Assembly: GCA_035276365.1 (NCBI GenBank)
Contig: DATELS010000659.1
Span: forward strand, 1 to 32,162
Reading direction: 5' to 3'
From: Thermoanaerobaculia bacterium
Lineage (GTDB): Bacteria; Acidobacteriota; Thermoanaerobaculia; Gp7-AA8
DNA length: 32,162 nucleotides
This document shows positions 8,599-16,968 of the stretch, piece by piece. Made by a program: the position numbers and the translations under genes. Positions within the stretch are counted from its first letter, which is position 1; every line of letters starts with the position of its first letter. A model generated the notes under the pieces. The model did no database searches. It was not told the DNA's origin and worked only from the letters and a program-made list of their open reading frames with translations.

Positions 8599-10407
8599 CT
8601 AGATTCCGGTGACTCTGACCACCTCTTCGAAGCTCGTCACGCCTTCCGCGAGTTTGCGCAGCGCGCTTTGCCGCAGCGTGCGCATGCCGCGTTTGATCGC
8701 CATGTCCTTGATCTTCAGGAAATCCTCGCTGCGGTCGATGAGGTCGCGGATCGCGTTGTCGATCGGCAGAATCTCGAAGATGCCCGTGCGGCCGTAGTAG
8801 CCCGTGTTGCGGCAGCGGATGCAGCCCGCGCCTTCCTTCACGATGATCCGTTTGCCCGCGGGTGCCTGCAGGTTCAGCATGCCCGCCTCCTCCGTCGTCA
8901 GCGGGCGATTGCGTTTGCAGTCCTCGCAGATCTTGCGGAGGAGGCGCTGCGCCATCGCGCCGATCAGCGTCGACGAGATGAGGAACGGCTGAATCTCCAG
9001 ATCGATGAGACGCGTCACCGAAGTCGCCGCATCATTCGTGTGCAGCGTCGAGAAGACGAGGTGTCCGGTGAGCGCGGCCTGCACCGCGTTTTGTGCAGTC
9101 TCGTGATCGCGAATCTCGCCGACCATGATGATGTCCGGGTCCTGGCGGAGGATCGTGCGCAGCGCCGACGCGAACGTGATCCCGATCTTCGTCTGCACCG
9201 CGGTCTGGTTGAAATCGTCCGACACCATTTCGATCGGATCCTCGATCGTCGTGATGTTGATCTCCGGCGAGGCGAGACTCTTCAGCGCCGAGTACAGCGT
9301 CACCGTCTTGCCCGAGCCCGTGGGACCGGTCACGAGGATGATCCCGTGCGGACGCTTGATCCACTCCGCGAACGTCTTCAGCTCATCCTCGTAGAAGCCG
9401 AGGCCGTGGAGATCGCGGAGCATGACGTCGGGGTCGAAGATGCGCATCACGATTTTCTCGCCGAACGCCGTGGGCAGCGTCGACACGCGCAGCTCGATCT
9501 CCTTGCCGTCGCGCTCCGTCTTGATGCGGCCGTCCTGCGGGCGGCGCTTCTCCGCGATGTCCATGCGGCACATCGTCTTGATGCGTGAGCTGATGGCCAT
9601 GTTCGCCAGCTTCGGCACGCGCTGGATCTCGTGCAGCACGCCGTCGATGCGGAAGCGGATCACCGCGTGCTCGCGCTTCGGCTCGACGTGGATGTCGGAC
9701 GCGCGCGAGTCGTACGCGTGCTGCAGCAGATAGTCGACCGCGTTGACGATGTGCGCGTCGCTGGTCTCGATCTCCGCGCCCGACTTCAGCTTGATGTACT
9801 GCTCGAGGTTGCCGAGGTCGATGGCGCCTTTGTTGAGGTCGCGCTCGGCCTTCGTCACGGACGCGCGGAAGCCGTACTGCTCGTTGATCACGCCCATCAC
9901 GTCCGACTCGGCCGAGACGACGATCTCGAGATCGAGCTTCGCCATCGGTCGGTAGGAGTCGATGGCGATCGTGTCGAACGGATTCACCATCGCCACGATG
10001 AGCTTTCCGTCGCGGATCGCGACCGGAACCATCTTGTTCTTGCGCGCAAACGGGCGGGAGATGCGCGACTCCACCATCTCGACGTCGAGCTTCAGCGCGT
10101 CGATCTTGAAGAACGGCAGATGCGCGTCTTCGGCGATGAGTCGCGCGAGCAGGAAGTCGTCGATGCGCGTGCCGTTGCCGCTCGCGTCAGTGAGGTTCAT
10201 CGACGCCAGGATCTTGAACGGACTCGCGTCTTCCTCCGCGCGCGACTTCGAGCCGCGCGCCTGCAGCCGGAACTGCCGGTCCGCCGACTCGATGTCGTTG
10301 CGCTGCCGCTCGTCGATGAAGCCCGCGTTGAAGAGGAGAGTGCCGAGGTACGAGACGGTGATGTCGCGGGAGGTGCGCGGGATCGGGACGTTCGTGAGCG
10401 TGGACAT
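8599..10407 (-). CDS. GspE/PilB-family secretion ATPase (second paralog)
   Basis: T2SSE_N region, Walker A GPTGSGKTVT, tetracysteine CEDC...CIRC. Confidence 0.85.
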   Translation of the reverse strand: MSTLTNVPIPRTSRDITVSYLGTLLFNAGFIDERQRNDIESADRQFRLQARGSKSRAEEDASPFKILASMNLTDASGNGTRIDDFLLARLIAEDAHLPFFKIDALKLDVEMVESRISRPFARKNKMVPVAIRDGKLIVAMVNPFDTIAIDSYRPMAKLDLEIVVSAESDVMGVINEQYGFRASVTKAERDLNKGAIDLGNLEQYIKLKSGAEIETSDAHIVNAVDYLLQHAYDSRASDIHVEPKREHAVIRFRIDGVLHEIQRVPKLANMAISSRIKTMCRMDIAEKRRPQDGRIKTERDGKEIELRVSTLPTAFGEKIVMRIFDPDVMLRDLHGLGFYEDELKTFAEWIKRPHGIILVTGPTGSGKTVTLYSALKSLASPEINITTIEDPIEMVSDDFNQTAVQTKIGITFASALRTILRQDPDIIMVGEIRDHETAQNAVQAALTGHLVFSTLHTNDAATSVTRLIDLEIQPFLISSTLIGAMAQRLLRKICEDCKRNRPLTTEEAGMLNLQAPAGKRIIVKEGAGCIRCRNTGYYGRTGIFEILPIDNAIRDLIDRSEDFLKIKDMAIKRGMRTLRQSALRKLAEGVTSFEEVVRVTGI

Positions 10408-10419
10408 GGCCGTCGCCGC

Positions 10420-11583
10420 CTAGTGTACTTCCAGCAGAAACCCCTTGAGGTACTCCCCTTCCGGCGCGTGCAGCGACACCGGATGATCGGGTCCCGCGGT
10501 GAGGCGGCGCACGAACGAGACGCGTCGTCCGGCGTCGAGCGCGGCGGCGAAGATGACTTTCTGGAAGAGGTCGAGCGACATGTGACCGGAGCAGGAGAAG
10601 GTCATCATCCGTCCGCCCGGCGCGACCATGCGCAGCGCGTGCAGGTTCACGTCTTTGTAGCCGCGCGCGGCGCGCTCGACTTCGTGGCGGCTCTTCGCGA
10701 ACGCGGGCGGATCGCAGACGATGAAGTCGAACGGCCCGTGTTTCTGACGCACGTACTGGAACGCGTCGGCGACGACGAACTCGGCGTCGCTTCCGTTCAG
10801 CTTGTGATTCTCGCGCGCCTGCTCGATCGCCGGCGCGGAGATGTCGACGTTCGTCACCGACGCCGCGCCGCCCGCAGCCGCGTACACGCCGAACGCGCCG
10901 GTGTAGGAGAAGAGATTGAGCACGCGCTGATTCGCGGCGAGCATTCGGGCGAGACGGCGGTTCTCGCGCTGATCGAGAAAGAAGCCGGTCTTCTGTCCAT
11001 GCGCGGCATCGACGCGAAAGCGCAATCCTGACTCGACGAACTCCGTCGCGCCGTCGCCTTCGTCTTCGGTTGGCAGTTGCTCGAGCGCGCGCGCAGGAAT
11101 GTCGTTCTTGAAGAAGATCGCGCGCGGTGCGAGCTCGCGCTGCAACGTGTCGACGATGAGCGGCTTCACCTGCTCGGCGCCCGCGTTCGCGATCTCGACC
11201 ACGAGCACGTCGCCGTATCGATCGACGATGATGCTGCTGAGGTCATCGCCCTCCGCGTGAATCACGCGCGCGGCATTCGTCGCGTCATCGAAGAGGAATG
11301 CACGACGCGCGATCGCAGACGAAATGCGACTCGCGATCACGTCCGCGTTCAGCACTTCTTCGCCGAACGTGAGTGCGCGCAAGCGAATCTGCGAGTGTCG
11401 GGAGTAGAAGCCGCTCGCGATGCGCTTGCCTTCCGCATCGACGAGATCCGCGAACGCGGCGTCTTCGGGTCCGCGCTCCGAATGAATCGCGCCCGCGAAG
11501 ATCCACGGATGACGATTCGCCGCGACGCGTTCTTTTCCGCGCTTGAGCACGAGCGTGCGCCGCCGTGCAAAGAGTTCGTTCAT
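10420..11583 (-). CDS. rlmI: 23S rRNA m5C methyltransferase RlmI-like (PUA + class I SAM methyltransferase)
   Basis: Strong resemblance to E. coli RlmI throughout: RHPWIFAGAI, LNLFSYTGAFG, DPPAFAKS, RGYKDVN, FSCSGHMS, PEGEYLKGF. Start is the ATG at 11583 or the GTG at 11595. Confidence 0.8.
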   Translation of the reverse strand: MNELFARRRTLVLKRGKERVAANRHPWIFAGAIHSERGPEDAAFADLVDAEGKRIASGFYSRHSQIRLRALTFGEEVLNADVIASRISSAIARRAFLFDDATNAARVIHAEGDDLSSIIVDRYGDVLVVEIANAGAEQVKPLIVDTLQRELAPRAIFFKNDIPARALEQLPTEDEGDGATEFVESGLRFRVDAAHGQKTGFFLDQRENRRLARMLAANQRVLNLFSYTGAFGVYAAAGGAASVTNVDISAPAIEQARENHKLNGSDAEFVVADAFQYVRQKHGPFDFIVCDPPAFAKSRHEVERAARGYKDVNLHALRMVAPGGRMMTFSCSGHMSLDLFQKVIFAAALDAGRRVSFVRRLTAGPDHPVSLHAPEGEYLKGFLLEVH

Positions 11584-11586
11584 CGC

Positions 11587-11592
11587 TATAAT
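11587..11592 (+). promoter_or_regulatory. Consensus TATAAT -10 hexamer 8 nt upstream of the ATG at 11601; possible leaderless transcript
   Basis: Seen directly. There is no SD between it and the ATG. A weak -35-like GTGCAA lies 16 nt upstream. Confidence 0.3.
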
Positions 11593-11600
11593 CACGCCGA

Positions 11601-12107
11601 ATGTCCGCTCCGCGAGCCAAGCAGTTCCATACGCAGTGCCAGGAGGAGGTCTATCGCCAGATCAAGACCTACCTCGACGAGCTCACCGAAGAGCACTTCG
11701 ATGACGCCGATCACTGCGACTTCTATCTCAAATATGGCTCGACGGTGCTGGAGATCTCGATCGACCCGTACGAGGAAGACGACGCGATCATCGAGGTGCT
11801 CGCGTTCTGCGTGCAAGGCGTGGAGTCGAGCTTCGAGCTGATGCAGGAGCTCCTGCGCCTGAACTCGGAAGTGCCGCTGGGCGCCTTCAGCATGGTCTCC
11901 GGCGACATCTTCTTCTCCCACTCCTTCCTCGGCCGCCGCCTTCCGCCCGAGCAGCTCATCGCCTCGCTCGACAGCGTCGCCAGCACCTCGGATCTCTACG
12001 ACGAGCGCCTCGTCGCGCGCTACGGCGGCGAGACCGCGCTAGAGCGTCTGCGGAGCACCGCGAAACGGAACCGCTCGCTTGTGACGCAAACCCCACAGAA
12101 CAATTGA
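11601..12107 (+). CDS. YbjN / T3SS-chaperone-like family protein (putative sensory transduction regulator)
   Basis: The pattern YGSTVLEISID...IIEVLAFCV...ELMQELLRLNSEVPLGAFSM...IFFSHSFLG...EQL...YDERLVARYGG matches my recollection of the YbjN-like family. Confidence 0.55.
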   Translation: MSAPRAKQFHTQCQEEVYRQIKTYLDELTEEHFDDADHCDFYLKYGSTVLEISIDPYEEDDAIIEVLAFCVQGVESSFELMQELLRLNSEVPLGAFSMVSGDIFFSHSFLGRRLPPEQLIASLDSVASTSDLYDERLVARYGGETALERLRSTAKRNRSLVTQTPQNN

Positions 12108-12142
12108 AGGACGCGGCACATCCATTGCTCTATTCATCAGCG

Positions 12143-12748
12143 ATGAAGACTCGAATGCTGGTGATGAGCTGTGTGGCGTCCGCGCTTCTCTGCGGTGCAT
12201 GCACGGGCGGCAGCGAGACCGCGGCGTCGCAGGAAGCCGCGCCCGCGCGTGAAGCGCCCGCGACCGCGCAGGCACAGGCGCAGCAGGTCGACGCGCATCA
12301 GGCGATCGACACGATCAACAAGGCCATCCCGATCTACTCCGGCGCCGACTATCGCGATGACCTCACGCGCCGCGACGAAGTCATGATCCGCAGCCGCTAC
12401 GGAGCGGGTGCCGAGGTGTACACGCTGGCGACGGATGACTCGTTCCCGCAGGTCTATCACTACTACACGACGTATCTCGCGCAGTTCCGCGCCTTCCCCG
12501 CGCAGGACCCGCATCCGCCGGAAGGCAAGGACTGGCGCACGCTGGAAGTGAAACTGAACGACGCGATGCAGGACCCGTTCATCCCCGGCGAAGCGCTGGA
12601 TCGCAACGGCAAGCAGGTGACGCTGCAAATCGCGGAGACCGAGGCAGAGCCGAGGACGGTGATCCGGTACATCGTCACCCCCGCCCCGGCCGCGCCTGCG
12701 CCGGCCGTTGCGGCGAATCAGGCGACAGTTGCGACGGTTGCGCGGTAA
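12143..12748 (+). CDS. Secreted or lipoprotein-like hypothetical protein
   Basis: N-terminus MKTRMLVMSCVASALLCGACTGG is a signal peptide with a Cys-containing lipobox-like end. Ala/Pro/Gln-rich linkers follow. No recognisable domain. Confidence 0.6.
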   Translation: MKTRMLVMSCVASALLCGACTGGSETAASQEAAPAREAPATAQAQAQQVDAHQAIDTINKAIPIYSGADYRDDLTRRDEVMIRSRYGAGAEVYTLATDDSFPQVYHYYTTYLAQFRAFPAQDPHPPEGKDWRTLEVKLNDAMQDPFIPGEALDRNGKQVTLQIAETEAEPRTVIRYIVTPAPAAPAPAVAANQATVATVAR

Positions 12749-12827
12749 AGTCTCAAAGTCGTCAAGTCTCAAAGTCTCAAAGATGGTTCTCCTTTGAGAC
12801 TTGAAGACTTTGAGACTTAGAGACTTT
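12749..12827. repeat. AT-rich composite inverted repeat built from AGTCTCAAAG units; predicted long hairpin
   Basis: Forward units at 12749, 12765 and 12773; reverse units CTTTGAGACT at 12792 and 12808. 12749-12774 pairs with 12792-12817 at 25 of 26 positions. The repeat ends 3 nt before the USP ATG. Confidence 0.7.
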
Positions 12828-12829
12828 CG

Positions 12830-13609
12830 ATGTTCCGTCGCATCCTCATCCCCACCGACTTCTCGACCGCCGCGGAGTGGGCGTTCGGCGATGCTGTGCG
12901 CATTGCGGGGGCGAGTGGCGGGGAGCTGATCATCCTGCACGTGCGGATGACGTGGGCGTCGGATCCCGATCAGTTGCGCTTCCCTGCCGATCCGTCGCTG
13001 TACGAGTATGTGGAGCGGCAGGAGCTGGAGCGCGTGCGCGATCGCGTGCGTCGTGCGAACACGTCCGTCGCGTCGCGACTGATCGTGCGACAGGCGCCGA
13101 ATCCGGGCGCGGAGATCAGCAAAGTGGCGAAGGAAGAAGGCGTCGATCTGATCGTCATCGCGACGCATGCGCGGCATCACGTCGCGCATCTCTTCGTCGG
13201 CTCGACGACGATGTCCGTGCTCAGCGATCCTCCCGCGCCGGTGCTCGCCATCCGCTACGGCACGCGCAAGCGCACGTCGATGGACTGCGTCGTCGTGCCG
13301 GTGCACTTCGGACAATCGTCGCATCGCGCGCTCGAGCTCGCAGGACGCGAGGCGCGCGAAGTTCACCTCGTGACGGTCTGCGCGGAGAACGAACACGATC
13401 GCGCGCAGGAGCTGCTGCGCGATGCGTCCGCGAATCTGGCGAACGCGAAGACGGCAATCGTGCGCGGCACCGATCCCGAGGAGGAGATCATCCGCTACGC
13501 GTCGAAGGTCGACGCCGACGCGCTCTTCCTCAACGCCGCGATCGAACCGAGCCGCCGCAAGATCGACATGATCCGCCACGCGCCGCTGCCGGTGATGATC
13601 GTGCCGTAG
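12830..13609 (+). CDS. Universal stress protein, tandem USP domains
   Basis: RILIPTDFS...LIILHV...DLIVIATHARHHVAHLFVGSTT..., followed by a second USP-like half. Confidence 0.8.
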   Translation: MFRRILIPTDFSTAAEWAFGDAVRIAGASGGELIILHVRMTWASDPDQLRFPADPSLYEYVERQELERVRDRVRRANTSVASRLIVRQAPNPGAEISKVAKEEGVDLIVIATHARHHVAHLFVGSTTMSVLSDPPAPVLAIRYGTRKRTSMDCVVVPVHFGQSSHRALELAGREAREVHLVTVCAENEHDRAQELLRDASANLANAKTAIVRGTDPEEEIIRYASKVDADALFLNAAIEPSRRKIDMIRHAPLPVMIVP

Positions 13610-13610
13610 G

Positions 13611-16436
13611 TCACCCGCGTAGCGCCTCCACGAACTCCCCCACGCTCCCGAATCGTTCCGCCGGTTTCTTCGACAGCGCCCGATCGACCGCCGCGGCGAC
13701 GTGCACGGGCACCGAGCGCACGCGCTCGCGCAGCGGGATCATCGGCACGTCCGTGTGGCCGCGCACGACGGATGCGAGATCGGTCGCGCCGCCCAACGGG
13801 TGCTCGCCGGCGAGGAGCTCGTAGGCGATGATGGCGAGGCTGTACTGATCCGCCCTCGTGTCCGCCGCATGCCCGCTCAACACCTCGGGCGCCATGTACA
13901 TCAACGTCCCGACGACTCCCGCGCTGTGTCCCGACTGCACGAGCGTCGCCTCGTCTTCGCCGATCGGCGTCGTCATCTTCGCCAGTCCGAAGTCGAGCAC
14001 GCGCGCGCCCGTCGCGGCGTTGTGTCCGCGCACGATCATGATGTTCTCCGGCTTCAGATCGCGATGAATGACGCCGACGCGATGCGCCGCGTCGATCGCC
14101 TCGCCCACCGGACGCAGAATCGCGAGCGCGTCCTCGTAAGGCTGCGGTCCGGAGGCGATCGTCTTCCGCAGCGTGTCGCCGTCGAGGTACTCCATGACGA
14201 GATACGCGTGACCGGAAGGCAGCACGCCGAAGTCGTGAATCGTGACGATGGCCGGATGCCGCAGCCGCGCGACGATGCGCGCCTCACGCTCGAAGCGGGT
14301 GCGCATCGACGAGCTGCCGACGAGATGCGCGAGCAGCACCTTCACCGCGACCGGACGATTCAGCCGCGTCTGCGTGGCCTGATACACCGAGCCCATGCCG
14401 CCGCGTCCGAGGAGTCGGGTCACGACGTACTTTTCTTCGATGATGCGCGGCACGCCCGACTCGGGCACGAGCGTCTGCTGATCGTGCTCGCACTGACTCT
14501 CGTTCGCGGCATAGCAGCGACCGCAGCGCGGGCAGAGTTGCAGCGCGTCGCTGAGATGCAGATGCACGGGCGCGGACGACGTCGACGGCGACCACACCAG
14601 CGACGGCGACTGCTTGAGCCGCGTGTAGTCGAGCGTGAGCGCGAGCTGCGCGCCGAGCGTGCGCAGCAGATCGCGATCCTCCTTGCTGTACGGCTCTTCG
14701 GATTTGCGCTCGCCGAGGACCATCATGCCGACGAGACGCTTATCGATCATGAGCGGCACGATCAGATACGCGTCCGTCGCGCGCAGCCACTCGCGCTCCG
14801 ACTCGGGTAACCGTTGCAGCAGCGCGCGCGTGTGGCGGCTCGGGATATCGAGCGGATCGTCGTCGGCCGCGAGCAGCGTCGCCAGCGTGCCGTTCGCAGG
14901 CAACACTCCCGCGTCGGTCAGAACGCGGCCGTCTTCGCCGAAGTCCACCGCGCCGATGCTGAAGCCGCGATGCAACGCCGCGGCGTCGGGATCGAGCTGC
15001 CACAGCGAGAGATGCTTCGGATGCAGCGCGCGATCGATCTCATCGAGCGCGGCGCGCGCGATCGTCAGGATGTCCGAGCCGCTGCGGATCATCGACACGA
15101 CGTGCAGCAGCAGGTGCCGCGCGTCGTACTGCTCGCGGAAGAAGCGGCGGTCGAGCGACTCCAGCACGCGTTTGCGATAGCGAATGACGGCGACGAGAGG
15201 AAGGATGAGCAGGAGATACATCGCGGGCATGCCGGTGAGCAGCACGGCGAGCGAGTCGCGTCGATGCGCGTACAGAAACGCCGCGAGTCCGATGACCGGC
15301 AGCGACATCAGCACGAACAGCGTGCCGCGCGCGAGCGCGTACTGAATGCTGTTGCGCACGAGTACGCGGATGTTGAAGAGGCGGTGTCGCACGACCGCGT
15401 ACGCGTAGATCGCGGAGCCGAGCATCGTCGTCGGAGCCTGCAGCAGTCCGACGAATTCCTCCCACGCGCGTCCCGCGTGCAGGAGACTGACGAGCAGCCC
15501 GAGAATGAACGCGGTCGTGCCGGGGAGCAGGGAGAGGAACACGAGCTTGAGACGCCGCCGCGCGTTGGCGTTGCGCATGCGCGCGAAGCGCACGGCGAGC
15601 ACGATGAGCGACGCGAAGAGCAGCGACGCGCCGATCGTCCCGAATGCGTCGCCCCACGGCAGCGGCGCGGGACGCACGTCGCCGTCGAGACGCCGCAGTC
15701 CGTGCGCAATCGATTCAATGACGACGGGCACCGCGGCGAGGTACGGGACGAACTCGCACACGCGCCGCACCCGCACGCGCTCGGACGGAAAGATGATCGC
15801 GAAGTGGAGGCACAGCGGAAAGAAGCCCGCGCTGTAAATCGCGTCGACGAGGAAGAACGGCAACCGCAGCGACTGCGGCAGCGCCTCGAGGATCGCGCCG
15901 AAGCCGGACATGTTGTACGCGAACATGCCGCCCGCCCAGTACGCGAGCGAGAGCGCGGAGATGCGCGCGTCTTTGCTGTCCGGACGCAGCTTGAGCAGCG
16001 CGACGCTGAGCGCGAGCATCCAGATGTGGAGCGGGAAGTTGAGGTATCCCGAAATCGCGGAGACCGCCCTCCGCGTCCCTCCCCGCAAATCCCGCTGCCT
16101 CATCTCCTCGGACAGAATCGGCGTGACGAGCAACGTTCGCGCGACGCCGCCGCGCTCGAGGACGATCGGCACCGGCTCGCCCGCGCGCGTGAAGAAGAGA
16201 GGAACGACGCCGGGTCCGACCGCGTGTCCGTTGAACGAGACCACGACGTCGCCTTCGCGAATGCCCGCCGCTTCGGCAGGAGTGTCCGGGATGACGACCG
16301 TGACTTTGCGCGTCACGCGCGAGTAGTCGAAGCCGACCGTCGGCCGCGTGATGCGGCTGGTGAAGTTGAAGATGACCATCACTGCTGCGACGATCACCTG
16401 GATCCAGCAGAGCATCACCAGCGGCTTGGTTTTCAT
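13611..16436 (-). CDS. Membrane sensor Ser/Thr protein kinase (TM-PDZ-polytopic membrane region-GAF-Zn ribbon-Hanks kinase)
   Basis: PDZ-like DTPAEAAGIREGDVVVSFNG, then about 8 hydrophobic helices and a GAF-like region. Then CPRCGRCY...CEHD and a kinase domain with GRGGMGSVY, AVK, HRDLKPEN and DFGLAK. Confidence 0.85.
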   Translation of the reverse strand: MKTKPLVMLCWIQVIVAAVMVIFNFTSRITRPTVGFDYSRVTRKVTVVIPDTPAEAAGIREGDVVVSFNGHAVGPGVVPLFFTRAGEPVPIVLERGGVARTLLVTPILSEEMRQRDLRGGTRRAVSAISGYLNFPLHIWMLALSVALLKLRPDSKDARISALSLAYWAGGMFAYNMSGFGAILEALPQSLRLPFFLVDAIYSAGFFPLCLHFAIIFPSERVRVRRVCEFVPYLAAVPVVIESIAHGLRRLDGDVRPAPLPWGDAFGTIGASLLFASLIVLAVRFARMRNANARRRLKLVFLSLLPGTTAFILGLLVSLLHAGRAWEEFVGLLQAPTTMLGSAIYAYAVVRHRLFNIRVLVRNSIQYALARGTLFVLMSLPVIGLAAFLYAHRRDSLAVLLTGMPAMYLLLILPLVAVIRYRKRVLESLDRRFFREQYDARHLLLHVVSMIRSGSDILTIARAALDEIDRALHPKHLSLWQLDPDAAALHRGFSIGAVDFGEDGRVLTDAGVLPANGTLATLLAADDDPLDIPSRHTRALLQRLPESEREWLRATDAYLIVPLMIDKRLVGMMVLGERKSEEPYSKEDRDLLRTLGAQLALTLDYTRLKQSPSLVWSPSTSSAPVHLHLSDALQLCPRCGRCYAANESQCEHDQQTLVPESGVPRIIEEKYVVTRLLGRGGMGSVYQATQTRLNRPVAVKVLLAHLVGSSSMRTRFEREARIVARLRHPAIVTIHDFGVLPSGHAYLVMEYLDGDTLRKTIASGPQPYEDALAILRPVGEAIDAAHRVGVIHRDLKPENIMIVRGHNAATGARVLDFGLAKMTTPIGEDEATLVQSGHSAGVVGTLMYMAPEVLSGHAADTRADQYSLAIIAYELLAGEHPLGGATDLASVVRGHTDVPMIPLRERVRSVPVHVAAAVDRALSKKPAERFGSVGEFVEALRG

Positions 16437-16494
16437 GTCAGCGGATGGGGCTGATTGTACGCCGCGCGTGGTACCGTAACGCCGCGGCGCGCGT

Positions 16495-16569
16495 GCGGGG
16501 TTAGCTCAGCGGTAGAGCATCTCGCTTACACCGAGGGGGTCGGGGGTTCGAATCCCTCACTCCGCACCA
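16495..16569 (+). tRNA. tRNA-Val (anticodon TAC), CCA encoded
   Basis: Hand-folded cloverleaf: acceptor GCGGGGT/ACTCCGC, D stem GCTC/GAGC, anticodon stem TCTCG/CGAGG with loop CTTACAC, T arm GGGGG-TTCGAAT-CCCTC. Confidence 0.9.
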
Positions 16570-16593
16570 GCCTTGCATTAGACTGCCCCGCCA

Positions 16594-16968
16594 ATGCCGT
16601 TTCTCGCGCGCAAACCGCGCCTCCTCCTGCTCGACGACGACCCTTCGATGCAGCGCCTCGTCTCGGCGATGCTGAAGAAGGAAGGCTACCGCGTGGACGT
16701 CGTGTCGTCCGGCGCGCAGGCGATCGAGAACGTCCGCGCGAACGAGTACGACGCGCTGCTCCTCGATGTCATGACGCCGACCGAAGGCGGGCTCACCGTC
16801 ATCCGCTACCTGCGCAAAGCCAACGCGGCGATGCTCAAGCGGATCGTGCTCGTCACCGCGTCACCGCAGTCGGTGCTGCACGCGGTCGAGAAAGAAGTCT
16901 TCGCCATCGTGCACAAGCCGTTCGAAGCCAAAGAGCTCGTCTCGACGGTGAAGCGGATCACTACTTAA
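16594..16968 (+). CDS. Single-domain response regulator (CheY-like receiver)
   Basis: RLLLLDDDP...ALLLDVMTPTEGG...VHKPFEAKEL. Paralogous in layout to the receiver at 2224-2607. Confidence 0.85.
   Translation: MPFLARKPRLLLLDDDPSMQRLVSAMLKKEGYRVDVVSSGAQAIENVRANEYDALLLDVMTPTEGGLTVIRYLRKANAAMLKRIVLVTASPQSVLHAVEKEVFAIVHKPFEAKELVSTVKRITT

Noticed and set aside
6419-11031. Long plus-strand ORFs (6419-8602, 8668-9588, 9631-11031) opposite the two ATPase genes and rlmI
   Set aside because: These are antisense-frame artefacts with extreme Arg/Asp/Leu/Val composition and no motifs. The minus-strand frames carry Walker and methyltransferase motifs.
12749-12827. Possible CRISPR-like or tandem repeat array
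   Set aside because: The units are 10 nt long and arranged as inverted copies with almost no spacers. That geometry is a hairpin, not a repeat-spacer array. No cas genes are present in the window.
12137-13579. 480-aa minus-strand ORF spanning the lipoprotein-like and USP genes
   Set aside because: It crosses an intergenic hairpin, has Arg-rich composition and no start context. The plus-strand genes have a signal peptide and USP motifs.
13701-16454. Plus-strand ORFs 13701-14810 and 14814-16454 opposite the Ser/Thr kinase gene
   Set aside because: Antisense artefacts. The minus-strand frame encodes a contiguous PDZ/TM/GAF/kinase protein.
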